Of a stretch of DNA of 34,233 nucleotides, positions 1-11,391 are shown one piece after another. Every line of letters starts with the position of its first letter. Within the stretch, counting starts at the first letter, position 1. The notes beneath the pieces were generated by a model. The model was not told the DNA's origin, did not search any database, and worked only from the letters and a program-made list of their open reading frames with translations. The stretch is taken from assembly GCF_004010195.1 (NCBI RefSeq), contig NW_025214389.1:8587-42819 (forward strand). The letters run 5' to 3'. Made by a program: the position numbers and the translations under genes. This stretch comes from Chiloscyllium plagiosum (Eukaryota).

Positions 1-910
1 GAGTAAAGCGTAAATTGCTTGATGAGCACGTTTATGGATTACACTGTAACTGGCAAAGTAGGAGATAGTGAAATGGACTGTCAGAGAATAAAGCAGAATC
101 TAGATACAATTTGAGTTCTGGGCAGAGAAAACGCAGATAGAACTCAATCTGGAAAATGCGAGGTGATGCATTTTTGAAGATCCAAATCAAGAGCAAACAA
201 TTGAGTAGAAGGAAATGTCCTGTGGAAAATTGATTTGCGGTGAGATCTGGCTGCTCAGGTTAATTGTTCCCTGAAGTTGGCAACCTAGGTTAGTAAAGTG
301 GTGAGGAAAGCATACGGCTTGTTTTCCTTCATCGGACGGGATATTGAGTACATGAGTTGGCATGTAATGTTACAGTTGTATAAGACTTTGGTTCAGCCAC
401 ATTTGCAAAATTGCGTACAGTTCTGTTCGCCAAATTTACCCAAAGAATATGAATACTTTGGAGAGGATGCAGAGGGGGTTAAACACGATGTTGCCTGGTA
501 TGGAGGGCGTTAGCTATGAAGGGATTTGGAATAGATGAGGATTGGGGGATCTGACTGAGGTCTGCAAAATCATGAGGGTGTACACAGGGTGGATAGCAAG
601 AAGATTGTTTTCCCAGAGTGGGGGACTCAATTACTGGGGATCACAAATTCAATGTGACAGGCAAAGGTTTAGGGGAGATATGCGTGGAAACCTCTTCACG
701 CAGAGGGTGGCCAGAGCCTGGAACAGGTTGCCAGCGGAGGTGGTGGGGTGGTAAAGGTCGCATCAAGTGAAATGCATCTGGACAGATCCATTTCTTGAGC
801 AGGGAGCAAAGGGATACAGACCCTGAGTTAATAAGCGACAAGTTCACATTGCCGTTTTGCATTGGCTGTGAGGACTGAAAGGCAGTTCCTGCGCTGTAAT
901 TTTCTTTGTA
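1..910 (+). mobile_element. CR1/HER1-type LINE, decayed 3' part (RT C-terminus + 3' UTR)
   Basis: ORF fragments KAYGLFSFIGRDIEYMSWHVMLQLYKTLVQPHL and RFRGDMRGNLFTQRVARAWNRLPAEVV are typical of the CR1 ORF2 C-terminus; frameshifted. Confidence 0.9.
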
Positions 911-1419
911 ATTTTTTTACTTCTATACATTTCTTCATTTTCGAAGTAACCTTTGTTTTCCTAATTAATTAAACTCTGACCATCTCTGCTTAAACGTACT
1001 TAATAACCAAGTCTCTACAGCCGTTTGCAGTAAGTAATTCCCATAGTTTCACTACCTTCTGAATAAAAAGATTCCTCTTCTTCTCCATCATGAATCAATG
1101 AGCCCTGTCTTGGGATTTTATGCAACCTGGTTACAGATTCGTGCACAAGTGAAAGCAAAAGAAGTACTAATGTTAATGATTGAGACTGAGGTTATGGATG
1201 TTGTCCACATTGAGAAACACCAGAGGCCACATACCTCCAGTCAGAAATACACCGTTCCACATTCCTCTGTCTCCTATGACCAATAAAAACTCTGTGACTG
1301 ACTAAACAACCACCATGCATTGCGATTTGATCTTCTTGACCAACCTGACAGTTTCCAATGTTTTTTTTTAAATTCAAAGATCTGTTATGCGATTTCTATT
1401 TGTAATTTACGTAAATGAT

Positions 1420-2365
1420 AAAGATGAATATGTCAGCGGTCTGATGAGTAATTTTGCAAACGCCTTTTGGAAAGGCATGCACTAATTCGGAATAGTTGGA
1501 GGAATTGTGGATAGTGAGGATGGATGTTAAAGGAAACAGCAGCATGTAAATAAAAATGAAAGCTGGGCAGAGAAATAGAAATTAAATTTCATCGGCAGAA
1601 GTGTGAGGCGATGCATTTTGGGAAGTCAAATGCAAAGGAAAAGCGCACGGCAAATGGCCAGACTCTTAGGAACATTGTTATACAGAGGGATTAGGGATCC
1701 AAATCCATAGCTCGCTGAAAATAACAACGCAACAGGATTTGGTGGCAAAGAAGCTGAGTGACATGCTTCGCTTCATCGGTTGCAGCATCGAGAATAGACT
1801 TTGCATGTCATGTTGTAACCGAATAAAACTTCAGAGCGGCCACGTTAAGAATTATTTGTTGCAGTTCTCCTCGCCACACACCAGGAAGGATATGGATGCT
1901 TTAGAGAAGACGCAAAACAGTTTACCAGCATGTTGCAGGACGGGAATGTGTTAACGATAAGGAGAGTTTGGATGCAGTTGGATTATGTTGCTGGAGTGTT
2001 GGAGGCTGAGGGTGGACCTTTCCAGGTTTATAACATTCGGAGAGGCGTGTACAGTGTGGATATTTGGAATCTCTTTTCCAAACTGGAAATGTCAAATACT
2101 CGGGCGCCACATTATCAGGTGAGAGTGGGATTTTTGAATGAGTTGACTGAGGGAAGATGTTTTTTTCCACAGCTGCTAAAGACGTGGCTGAAGCGAAAAT
2201 GTGAGCAATGTTTTGAACAAGTATTTAGACAAATATATGAACAGGCAAAGAATAGAGGGATATGGACCATATAAGGCAGATGGGTTCAGTTTAGAATAAC
2301 ATCACGATCGGCACGGCCATGGTGGTCCAAATGGCCTGTTGATGTGCTTTCCTGTTCTATTTTCT
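1420..2365 (+). mobile_element. CR1-type LINE, decayed RT C-terminal fragment with 3' tail
   Basis: Degenerate SKFAxD region near 1445; MLRFIGCSIE and QFSSPHTRKDMDALEK; tail ggtccaaatggcctgtt...ctgttctattttcta. Confidence 0.85.
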
Positions 2366-2399
2366 AAAATCACAACATCGTCCGTGTGAAAACCCTTCA

Positions 2400-2830
2400 A
2401 AAACTCCTTAGTACCATATAACTTTCTTGCTCATACTTTGAAACCTCATCAAATTCGACCACAATCTACTCCACCTCTTCTCATTCGAAAATCCCTCCAG
2501 TCCCAGGAGCAGTCATCTGAACCTTCTCTGGCCCCCGTCGAATGCAAGAATATCTTTCCTTTGGGCACTCATGCCCTTTATAATATCCTCGGTGTGGTCT
2601 GCCTCTTACCTAGCATTTTTATAGCAAGAACTCCATATTTTTAGGACTATTCCCTTCGGACTAAATGCCAATATTTGGTTGCCTCCTCTATTACCTGTTC
2701 AAACTGTAAGCTGTCTAAGAACTCCTTATTTTTAGACGCCATTCCCTTCGGACTAAATGCCAATATTTGGTTGCCTCCTCCATTAACTGTTCAAACTGTA
2801 AGCTGCCTATTTTTCACGTTGATATACAAG
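2400..2830 (-). mobile_element. old CR1-type fragment
   Basis: Reverse-strand CR1 motifs (tgaaccttctctg, ggtgtggtct, aaatgccaatattt...ttgcct). Confidence 0.6.
2626..2807. repeat. 91-bp tandem duplication (2 copies)
   Basis: aagaactcc...ttcccttcggactaaatgccaatatttggttgcctcctc...tgttcaaactgtaagctg starts at 2626 and again at 2717. Confidence 0.95.
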
Positions 2831-2999
2831 AATTCCTGAAAACCGTTGTACAGTAAGTCTGAAAGCAAATGGTGCTGATTCGGGAACGTGCTGGAATATA
2901 TTGTAAAGAATATGAAAATAACCAATTTCTGGATTCTTAAAAACAATGGTGGACCGTTAATTTCATAAAACGGTAATATTTAAAAATCTATTTGGTTTT

Positions 3000-3587
3000 A
3001 TACATTGCTGTGACGATAAATAGCAGAATAGATAAGGATGGGGAGGGAATTGGTGGTAGGGGGACATTTGAAGTTTCAAAGCATTTTGACATGTTTCAAC
3101 AAGGGCTAAAGATTAGATACGGAGAGAATAGGACTCCTGAAAAGTCAATCAGGCTGGCTATGTGGAACAACTGCTGTTGGAGGACATTCAAAACAAATAC
3201 TTTGCGTGCTGATTTACTGTGGAGAGGCATGAATCCTCTGGAACTTAGGAAAATAAATATCACGTCTTGAAAAGAGTTCAAATTGGAGAACAGGAGGTGT
3301 TAGATGCCTTAAAATGCAAAAAGGTAAGTAAAATCTTGGGACATTATCCGATATATGCAGACATGTGTACTAAAGATGCTGGAGAATTAGACTCAAGACT
3401 AGAGTGGTGCTGGAAAAGCACAGCGGGTCAGGCAGCATCCGAGGAACAGGAAAGTCCAAATTTCGGGTAAACGACATTCATCAGAACTGAGGACTTTACT
3501 CGAATCCTCCATGATCACATCCATCCCAGGACTTTGTGAGAAGCTAGGGAAGAATTTTCAGGGACTGCCGCAGAGGTATTTGCATCA
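3000..3587 (+). mobile_element. CR1 ORF2 fragments (pre-RT tether), interrupted by a PLE piece; appears to continue at ~7420
   Basis: EQEVLDALKCKKVSK, then catcccaggactttgtgagaagctagggaagaa...gtatttgcatcat. Confidence 0.65.
3370..3510 (-). mobile_element. Penelope-like pLTR fragment with degenerate hammerhead
   Basis: gtgctggaaaagcacagcgggtcaggcagcatcc matches 18260-18290 and the reverse complement of the 12830-12860 region; minus strand reads CTGATGA...cccGAAA. Confidence 0.8.
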
Positions 3588-4263
3588 TACAAAGAACAAA
3601 GACAATTTACAGCTAAGAAATATTCCCTCATCCATCCAAGCCTGAGACGATCCAAATCTACCGTCTAAACCTGTCGCCCAATTCCTAAGCATTAATATCC
3701 GTCTGCTCCCCACCTACTCATGCATCTGTCCTCATGCATTTTAAATAAATCTAACGTGACCGCCTCTACCATCTCTGTTGGCACCGCGTTCCAGACGCCC
3801 ATCACGCTATGTGTGTAGTACTTGCCGCGTGTATCCCCGTTAGACCTTTCGCCTCTCCCCTTGAAAGCGTGACCTTTCGTTTCTGAATCCTTCGCACTGG
3901 GAAAAAGCTTGTATCCATCCACACTGTCTATACCCTTCATGATTTTCTAAACATATATCATGACCCCCCAAACTCATTTTGTTCTAATGAAGACAAACCT
4001 AACCTACTCAACCTCTCTTCATAGCTGGCACATTCCAAACCAGGCAACATCCTCGTAAACCTTCTCTGCATTCTCTGCAAAACGTCCATATCCTTTTGGT
4101 AACGTGGCGAACAGAAATCTACACAGTATTCTGAATGCGGCCGAACCAATGTCTTCTACAATTTTAACATGACTTGCCAGCTCTTATACTCAATACCCCG
4201 TCCACACAGCAGTGGCCCCAACACTGACCCCTTTGGAACAACACTGGTCACCTTTGTCCATTT

Positions 4264-4906
4264 NNNNNNNNNNNNNNNNNNNNNNNNNNNNNNNNNNNNN
4301 NNNNNNNNNNNNNNNNNNNNNNNNNNNNNNNNNNNNNNNNNNNNNNNNNNNNNNNNNNNNNNNNNNNNNNNNNNNNNNNNNNNNNNNNNNNNNNNNNNNN
4401 NNNNNNNNNNNNNNNNNNNNNNNNNNNNNNNNNNNNNNNNNNNNNNNNNNNNNNNNNNNNNNNNNNNNNNNNNNNNNNNNNNNNNNNNNNNNNNNNNNNN
4501 NNNNNNNNNNNNNNNNNNNNNNNNNNNNNNNNNNNNNNNNNNNNNNNNNNNNNNNNNNNNNNNNNNNNNNNNNNNNNNNNNNNNNNNNNNNNNNNNNNNN
4601 NNNNNNNNNNNNNNNNNNNNNNNNNNNNNNNNNNNNNNNNNNNNNNNNNNNNNNNNNNNNNNNNNNNNNNNNNNNNNNNNNNNNNNNNNNNNNNNNNNNN
4701 NNNNNNNNNNNNNNNNNNNNNNNNNNNNNNNNNNNNNNNNNNNNNNNNNNNNNNNNNNNNNNNNNNNNNNNNNNNNNNNNNNNNNNNNNNNNNNNNNNNN
4801 NNNNNNNNNNNNNNNNNNNNNNNNNNNNNNNNNNNNNNNNNNNNNNNNNNNNNNNNNNNNNNNNNNNNNNNNNNNNNNNNNNNNNNNNNNNNNNNNNNNN
4901 NNNNNN
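4264..4906. other. assembly gap
   Basis: run of N. Confidence 1.
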
Positions 4907-6164
4907 ACCATTGACGTCAGGCTCACTGGTCTGTAGATAACTAGAATATCCCTACATTTCTTGTACAGAAGGACAACACTAGCAAACTTCCAGTCCTCCT
5001 GCACCTCACCTGTGCGTAAACATGCCATAAAGATATCTGTCAGGGCCCCAGCTATTACCTCTCCCACCTCTTTCAGCAACCTGGGATAGATCCCATCCAG
5101 AACCGGGAATTTGTCCACCTTAATATCCTGTGGCCTACCCAACGCACCTACCCTACTTATGTCAACGTGATCCAGACTAATCAAACTTATATCTCTAATC
5201 TGAACATTTTTTGTTCCTCTCCTCAGTGAACACTGATGCAAAGTAATCAGTCAGTATCTCGCCCATTCTCTCAGGTTCGACACACAGCTTTCCTTCACTA
5301 TCCTTTAGGGAATCAAACTTTCTCTAGTTGCTCGCTTATTCCTAAATAAGAATAAAATGCTTCAGGATTCTCCTAATTATCCTCGCTAAAGCTGCTTCAT
5401 GACTCATTGTAGGCTGCTTGATTCGTCGTTTAAGACTTGTCCTGGTCTCCCGATATTCCTCCAGGGCCCATTCTGTTCTTAGATCTGAAGCCTTGTGTAC
5501 GCTTCCCTTTTCCTCTTGGCTAGTGGTGCTATTTTTCCTGACATCCACGGTTCACGAATCTTGCCTTTCCAATCCTTTGCCTTCAACGCACATGCTTATC
5601 CTGCACAATCTGTAATCTAACTTTGAAAGCCTCCCACTTATCAAATGTTGACTTCCCTTTTAATAGCTGTATCAAATCCACATTTCTGAGCTCCTGCCTA
5701 ATCTTGATACAATTGGCCTTGGCCGAGTTTACTACTCTTCCCTTTGGACCACTCTCATCTCTATCTACGAGTACTCTAAAACGTTCAGAACTGTCGTCAC
5801 TGTTCCCAAAGAACTCCACCACCTTAACTTCTACCACCTGTCCTTGGTCATTCCCCAATACCAGGTCCCCTATGGCCCCTTCCCTCGTCGGACTCTTGAC
5901 ATACTGCTCTCGAAAACTCTCCTGCACATTTCTTACAAATTCTACCCCACCCAGACATCAGACGCTCGGTGTATCCCAGTCAATTTTGGGAAAATCAAAA
6001 CCTCCCATCACCATTACCCTATTGCATCTACATATTTCCATAAACTGTTTGCCTATGTTCTTCTACCTCACTGTTGAGAAGCCTTTAATACAGTCCCAAC
6101 AATGTGACTTCACGCTTCTTATATCTCAGCTCCACCCATAATGCCTCAATACCCAATACTCAAA

Positions 6165-6424
6165 TCCCGCCTCAGGTGAGTCTTTGTGTGGAGTTTGCAC
6201 ATTCTCCCCATATCTGCGTGTGTTTCCTCCGGTTGCTCTGGTTTTCTCCCACAATCCAAAAATGTGCAGGTTAGATGAATTGGCCATGCGAAATTGTCCG
6301 CTGTGTTAGGTGAAGGGGTAAATGTGGGGGAATGGGTCTGGGTGGTTTGCACTTCGGCGGGTCGGTGTGGACTTGTTGGGCCGAAGGGCCTGTTTCCACG
6401 CTGTAAGTAATCTAATCTAATCTA
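6165..6424 (+). mobile_element. HE1 SINE, 5'-truncated, nested antisense in the LINE endonuclease region
   Basis: tgtgtggagtttgcacattctcccc V-domain core; gggccgaagggcctgtttcc 3' stem; (taatc)n tail; possible aaatc TSD at 6162-6166 and 6425-6429. Confidence 0.9.
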
Positions 6425-7419
6425 AAATCACCCTGGTGTCCTCCTTTAGCACAACCGTGATATCATCCCTGATCAGCAATGCAATTCCAACCCATCTTAC
6501 TTCCCTCCCTGTCCTGTGTGAAGCGTCCATATCCCAGAATATTTAGCTGCCAATCATACCCTTCCTTCAACTACGTCTCAGTGATTATAATAACGTCATA
6601 CTCCCAAGCACCAATCCAACCCCTAAGTTAATCTGTTTTACACACTATTCTACTTGCATAAAATTATATGTATTTCAGGCCACCAGTTCTTTTGCTTTCA
6701 TCTGCTCTCTGCCTACTCTTCCCCTTATTAATGCTATCTTCATGATTCTTACAGTATCCAGTTTCCTCCTCGCTGCCCACTTGTTTTCTCTTCTGGTTCC
6801 CAGCCCTCTACAATTTTAGTTTAAAATCTCCCCAACAACTGTAGCAAAAACTCCACCAAAGGGCATTGGCTCCAGTCTGGTTCAGATATAATCCTTCCAT
6901 TTTGTAATACTCCCACCTTCCCCAGAACCGGTCCCAATGTCCAACAAATCTGAATCCCTCCATCTTACACCATCCCTCAAGCCACGTTTTCATTTAGCCT
7001 ACTTTTTTTCATTTCTACGCTGGCTAGCACGTAGCACTGGCAGTAATCCTGAAATCACTATCTTTGAGGTCCTCCTCTTTAACTTCTCTCCTAGCTACCA
7101 GAATTCTTCATTCCGGAACTCATCTCGTTTTTTGCTTATACCGTTCGTGCATACATGCACCGAACAACTGGCTATTTGCCTTCCCCTTTTCGAATGTTAT
7201 GCAGCTGATCAGTGACATCCCAAACCACTGCCCAAATATATATTAAGCCTTTGCCTTATGACAGCCCTTGCTTCACCTCGCCTTCGTTCGTCGGCACTTT
7301 GTATTAATGGAGGCCCGACTCACGAGTTAAGTCCCTTTTTAAGTGGGAAAACTTACACCTCCCGGTAGCCCTCGCTTCACTCCATCTTCTCTCCTCACCG
7401 CTTTATGAAAATAGACAGC

Positions 7420-8672
7420 CGATACAGACTACTGAGACTAAGTTGGGTAAGGTTTTGGGATAGATTCTAAGCGAAAGGATCATCATGCATTTGGAAAGGC
7501 AAGGGCGGAGTAGCGATAATCATCATGGCTTTGTGCGTGTAAAATGATCTTTCACAAACCCGATTGAGTGTTTGAGGAGGTAGATCAAGGCAGAACAGTC
7601 GACGTTGTCTGCATGGGTTTCAGAACGGCCTTTGACAAGGTTTTTCATGGCAGACTGATTACTAACTGTAGATTACATATAACCAGGGAACAGTTGTCAC
7701 CTGGATACAGAATTTGATTGACGGTAGGAGAAATAATGTGTTCATAGAGGGTTGCTGCTCAAACTGCAGGCCTATGAGCAATGGTGTGCCGTGTGATTCG
7801 TTGATTGATCCACTGTTGCGCATCATTTATATCAAGGATTTGTATGAGAATAAAGGAGTNNNNNNNNNNNNNNNNNNNNNNNNNNNNNNNNNNNNNNNNN
7901 NNNNNNNNNNNNNNNNNNNNNNNNNNNNNNNNNNNNNNNNNNNNNNNNNNNNNNNNNNNNNNNNNNNNNNNNNNNNNNNNNNNNNNNNNNNNNNNNNNNN
8001 NNNNNNNNNNNNNNNNNNNNNNNNNNNNNNNNNNNNNNNNNNNNNNNNNNNNNNNNNNNNNNNNNNNNNNNNNNNNNNNNNNNNNNNNNNNNNNNNNNNN
8101 NNNNNNNNNNNNNNNNNNNNNNNNNNNNNNNNNNNNNNNNNNNNNNNNNNNNNNNNNNNNNNNNNNNNNNNNNNNNNNNNNNNNNNNNNNNNNNNNNNNN
8201 NNNNNNNNNNNNNNNNNNNNNNNNNNNNNNNNNNNNNNNNNNNNNNNNNNNNNNNNNNNNNNNNNNNNNNNNNNNNNNNNNNNNNNNNNNNNNNNNNNNN
8301 NNNNNNNNNNNNNNNNNNNNNNNNNNNNNNNNNNNNNNNNNNNNNNNNNNNNNNNNNNNNNNNNNNNNNNNNNNNNNNNNNNNNNNNNNNNNNNNNNNNN
8401 NNNNNNNNNNNNNNNNNNNNNNNNNNNNNNNNNNNNNNNNNNNNNNNNNNNNNNNNNNNNNNNNNNNNNNNNNNNNNNNNNNNNNNNNNNNNNNNNNNNN
8501 NNNNNNNNNNNNNNNNNNNNNNNNNNNNNNNNNNNNNNNNNNNNNNNNNNATCAGATGTAGACAGAATGGTGAAACAGGCGTTTAGGATGCTCACCTTTA
8601 TTGGTCACCGCATTGAGAATAGGAGTTGGGATGTCATGTTGTGGCTGCAGGGGACATTAGTGAGGCCACAAT
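7420..8672 (+). mobile_element. CR1 RT fragment spanning a gap
   Basis: catcatggctttgtg, gcctttgacaaggt (AFDKV), SNGVPCDSLIDPLL..IYIKDL; after the gap DRMVKQAFRMLTFIGHRIENRSWDVML. Confidence 0.9.
7860..8550. other. assembly gap
   Basis: run of N. Confidence 1.
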
Positions 8673-8687
8673 AAAAGCATTGTTGAT

Positions 8688-8875
8688 CAACTGGAAACAC
8701 CCAAATGGTTCACTTATATCCTTCAGGGAAGGGCGTCGGATATTCTTCCCTGGTCTGGCTTACATACCACTCCAGACCCTCATCAATATTGCTGAATCTG
8801 AGCTGCCTCCAGCACTTGGCGCTGAGGAATGTTTGCTAGTCCAACCAGTGACTCTCTCAGCTCATGAATAAGCAA
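8688..8875 (+). mobile_element. DeuSINE (SacSINE1-like) 3' part
   Basis: tggttcacttatatccttcagggaagg...cctggtctggcttacataccactccagaccc resembles the Deu core domain as I recall it. Confidence 0.7.
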
Positions 8876-8879
8876 CAAA

Positions 8880-10330
8880 TACATATTTCCCTCCATACCT
8901 GTGCAAACAGCATGACCTGCAGCAATTCCTACTTGCTTTGCAATATTCCAGCCCTTGCTCCTCTCTGTAACAGTGTCACCACATCCAGAACCTTCAGTTC
9001 TCTCTGTTAATATCAACACATTACACTGTGACATTGTATTTTCATCCTACTGCGCTGCTCCTGCTCGGAGACCCCTTAGAATACCTTTAGCAACTGCTTC
9101 CTTATTTCTAAAACACTACCATTCTTCAGAATTGTTCGGTTTTTGATGATCTTCGAACCATCTCTTCATTGAATCTGATCCGTTACGTCCTGAGTGAGGG
9201 ACAGTTGGGAATGTATTGCTGAGATTTTGACTATTTCAGTGGAAACTCCGTTTATTGCATATTTTACACTGTTCTTTCAAATGTTTTCCACTTTTCATTT
9301 ACAGTTTTGCATTTCAGTCTGTTTATCTTGATCAGTTCTCCTCTCAAACTCATGTAATTGGTTTTGTTTCGGATTGTCGGGTGTGGATTTTGTTACTTCA
9401 AAATACTTAATCCTATTTTTGTTTCTAGTTGTAGCTTGTGCATTCTGTGATTGACTTTAAAACTTTATAATTTCATTTAACTACACTCTATCAAAATTTC
9501 CCAGAGGATCTTTCAGTATGACGTTACTCGTTCACTTAGCTTCATCACCCAACGGTCGATCTGAGACAGTTACATCGTTAGCCAGTTGCGCAATGTGTCA
9601 TTGAAAAAAAAACACTGACAAAAACATTCGCTGTTCTCCTCGTCGAATATCACTCTTCCTGTGTGACTGTCCCAGACATATGAAGGTCGAAGACTCCCAA
9701 AATTATTACAATGTATTTATTACAAATTCCCATGAATTACTGTTGAGTGCAGTGATGAAAAATAACATGTTTCTCGGCAGCCTAAAAAGTGTTCTCCCAC
9801 TGATGATTTTGACACTTATTACCCAGAACTTTCATTTAGACTAATTCTGCTGCGTAATCAAAGGACAATGCTTTCTACTTAATGCCTTTGTTATCCATTA
9901 CTGTCAGGGTTACTCATTTTGCATTTCCATTCTGCCTGAATCCCCGAAAGGTTGTGTACCACTTAATATTGATGTTCTACCTTTTTATCCTGTAACCCCG
10001 TCTCTGTTGACTACATTTTATTTATGTCAGCAAACAATTCAAACTATCTTATTGCAGATTATGATGCATGCCGAAAACGAACAGTGTAGTTTCTGTTTTC
10101 CCACAATTTCCTGTCACAAATTTATTTACAGTTTTAATAAAAGTCTGTACTTTCCTGCACCTTGCTGCATGTTTTCAGCCACATCGCCATGATGTGACTA
10201 ACCTTCAACATTTCCCATTGGATTTGGAAAGCTCCTATAACCTGAACCCTGTCCCTGCATCCTCTCTATCAGTTTCAATCCCTGTCCATAATCCTACCGG
10301 CATGATTTGCCAAATTACTGTGACCAGTAC
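8880..10330 (-). mobile_element. highly decayed CR1 fragments (endonuclease region)
   Basis: e.g. tgaaggtcgaagactcccaaaattattac (reverse of the VIxGDFN-type motif); no ORF. Confidence 0.55.
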
Positions 10331-10351
10331 AGTTCCAGTGGGGCCCTGTGC

Positions 10352-10860
10352 ATTTTTTTAAATTCACTCAGATAGGTGTCTCTGGCTGGTCAGCATTTCA
10401 TGCCCACCCCGAGCTATCCTTGAACTGAGCAGCTGACTAGACCATTTCAGAGGGCAGATGACAGTCAACACCATTGCTCTAGTGTAGAGTCATATGTAGA
10501 TGACGCGGTGGTTCAGTATTTTGCACTGCTGCCTCAAGGGCCAGTGACCCGGTTTCGATTCTCTCCTCAGGCGCCTGTGTGTGTGGAGTTTGCACTTTCT
10601 CCCCGTGTTTGTTTTGATTTGCACCGGTTTCCTCCCAGATTCCAAACGATGTGCAGGTTAGGTCAATTGTCCATCAGGTTACGTGCATTCGTGAGGAATA
10701 AATGTCGGGAAATGAGTCTGGCTGGGTTACTCTTCAGCAGGTCGGTGTGGATCTTTTGGGCTGAAGGGCCTTTTTCCACACTGTCTGGAAACCAGATTGG
10801 CTGCCTATAATACATTTCATTACTTAAATTATATTATGAGTTCAGATGGGTGTCTCTGAC
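10352..10860 (-). mobile_element. DeuSINE (SacSINE1-like) split by an HE1 insertion
   Basis: cagcatttcatgccca..ccttgaactgag..gaccatttcagagggcag..agtcaacaccattgct..gagtcatatgtag resumes as ccagattgg...cagatggg after ~10790. Confidence 0.7.
10500..10790 (+). mobile_element. HE1 SINE, near full-length with tRNA-derived head
   Basis: A-box-like gtggttcagt, B-box-like ggtttcgattc, core tgtgtggagtttgcactttctcccc, 3' gggctgaagggcctttttccacactgt. Confidence 0.9.
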
Positions 10861-11134
10861 ATCAGTATGAGTTTAGGGATGAAGAATCTATTGAGAATAA
10901 TGCCAGGCCATCGCCTGTCCCATTCATAACTCATCCATCCATTCGTACTATTCCAGTGCAGAATGAATCAAACGCCATTCTTCCCGCCTGTTGTTTGATC
11001 CTGATACTTTCCTGCACTCTGTCGATGTCACTCAGTATCGATCCATGCGGCATCGGTCACTTTGTGTGTCCTATTGCTGCCTCTGACTGCCCCTTTTGCA
11101 GCTACTGCAGATCCTAAGTTAACAGAATTCTCAA

Positions 11135-11231
11135 CTGCAGAGGGAGAGAAAACAGCAGAGGCTTGGGATGGAGACCGGGATTTTCTTGGTCTCTGTGGGA
11201 GTCAGTACCATTCTCCATGTGAAGCACTCAC
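11135..11231 (-). other. candidate 97-nt GT-AG intron
   Basis: Minus strand: GAC|GTGAGT ... ctctgctgttttctctccctctgCAG|TTG. Confidence 0.6.
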
Positions 11232-11391
11232 GTCATCCGTCTGATTTTTGACTCGATGCATTTCTCTGTCTCCTGTGGGTACTCAGGAACGTCCTGAATC
11301 AGCAGAATACCCAATTGCAGTCTCGTCCATCACCACCTTGAAGACGGCTGATCAGCCAAAGGCAGGGGAAATATGGAGCCTTCAATAAATC
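11232..11391 (-). other. candidate 160-nt exon (non-coding, UTR or pseudogene)
   Basis: Acceptor tcttacttcattgCAG|G and donor |GTGAGT; stops in all three frames. Confidence 0.45.

Larger units (their letters stand above)
3588..7415 (-). mobile_element. Long CR1/HER1 LINE: 5' repeats, partial ORF1 (SGNH esterase-like), AP endonuclease, RT, 3' tail; defective
   Basis: ORF1 WLEGWCKMEGFRFVGHWDRFWGRWEYYK..LYLN; EN FREQYVKSPTREGAIGDLVLGN..FGNSDD; RT DGIYPRLLKEV, YRPVSLTS, VTSVVPKGSVLGPLL; C-terminal VRPHSEYCVDF..YQKDMDVLQRMQRRFTRMLPG. Confidence 0.95.

Noticed and set aside
4156..8674. Long 240-360 aa ORFs in the ORF track
   Set aside because: Artefacts of translation through N gaps; the real parts are LINE RT fragments
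10500..10570. tRNA-like A/B boxes
   Set aside because: SINE head followed by the HE1 core, not a tRNA gene
11232..11391. Single in-frame TGA (..SSRW*WTRLQLGILLIQD..) as selenocysteine
   Set aside because: No selenoprotein-like context, no SECIS recognised, and the frame stops right after the splice junction
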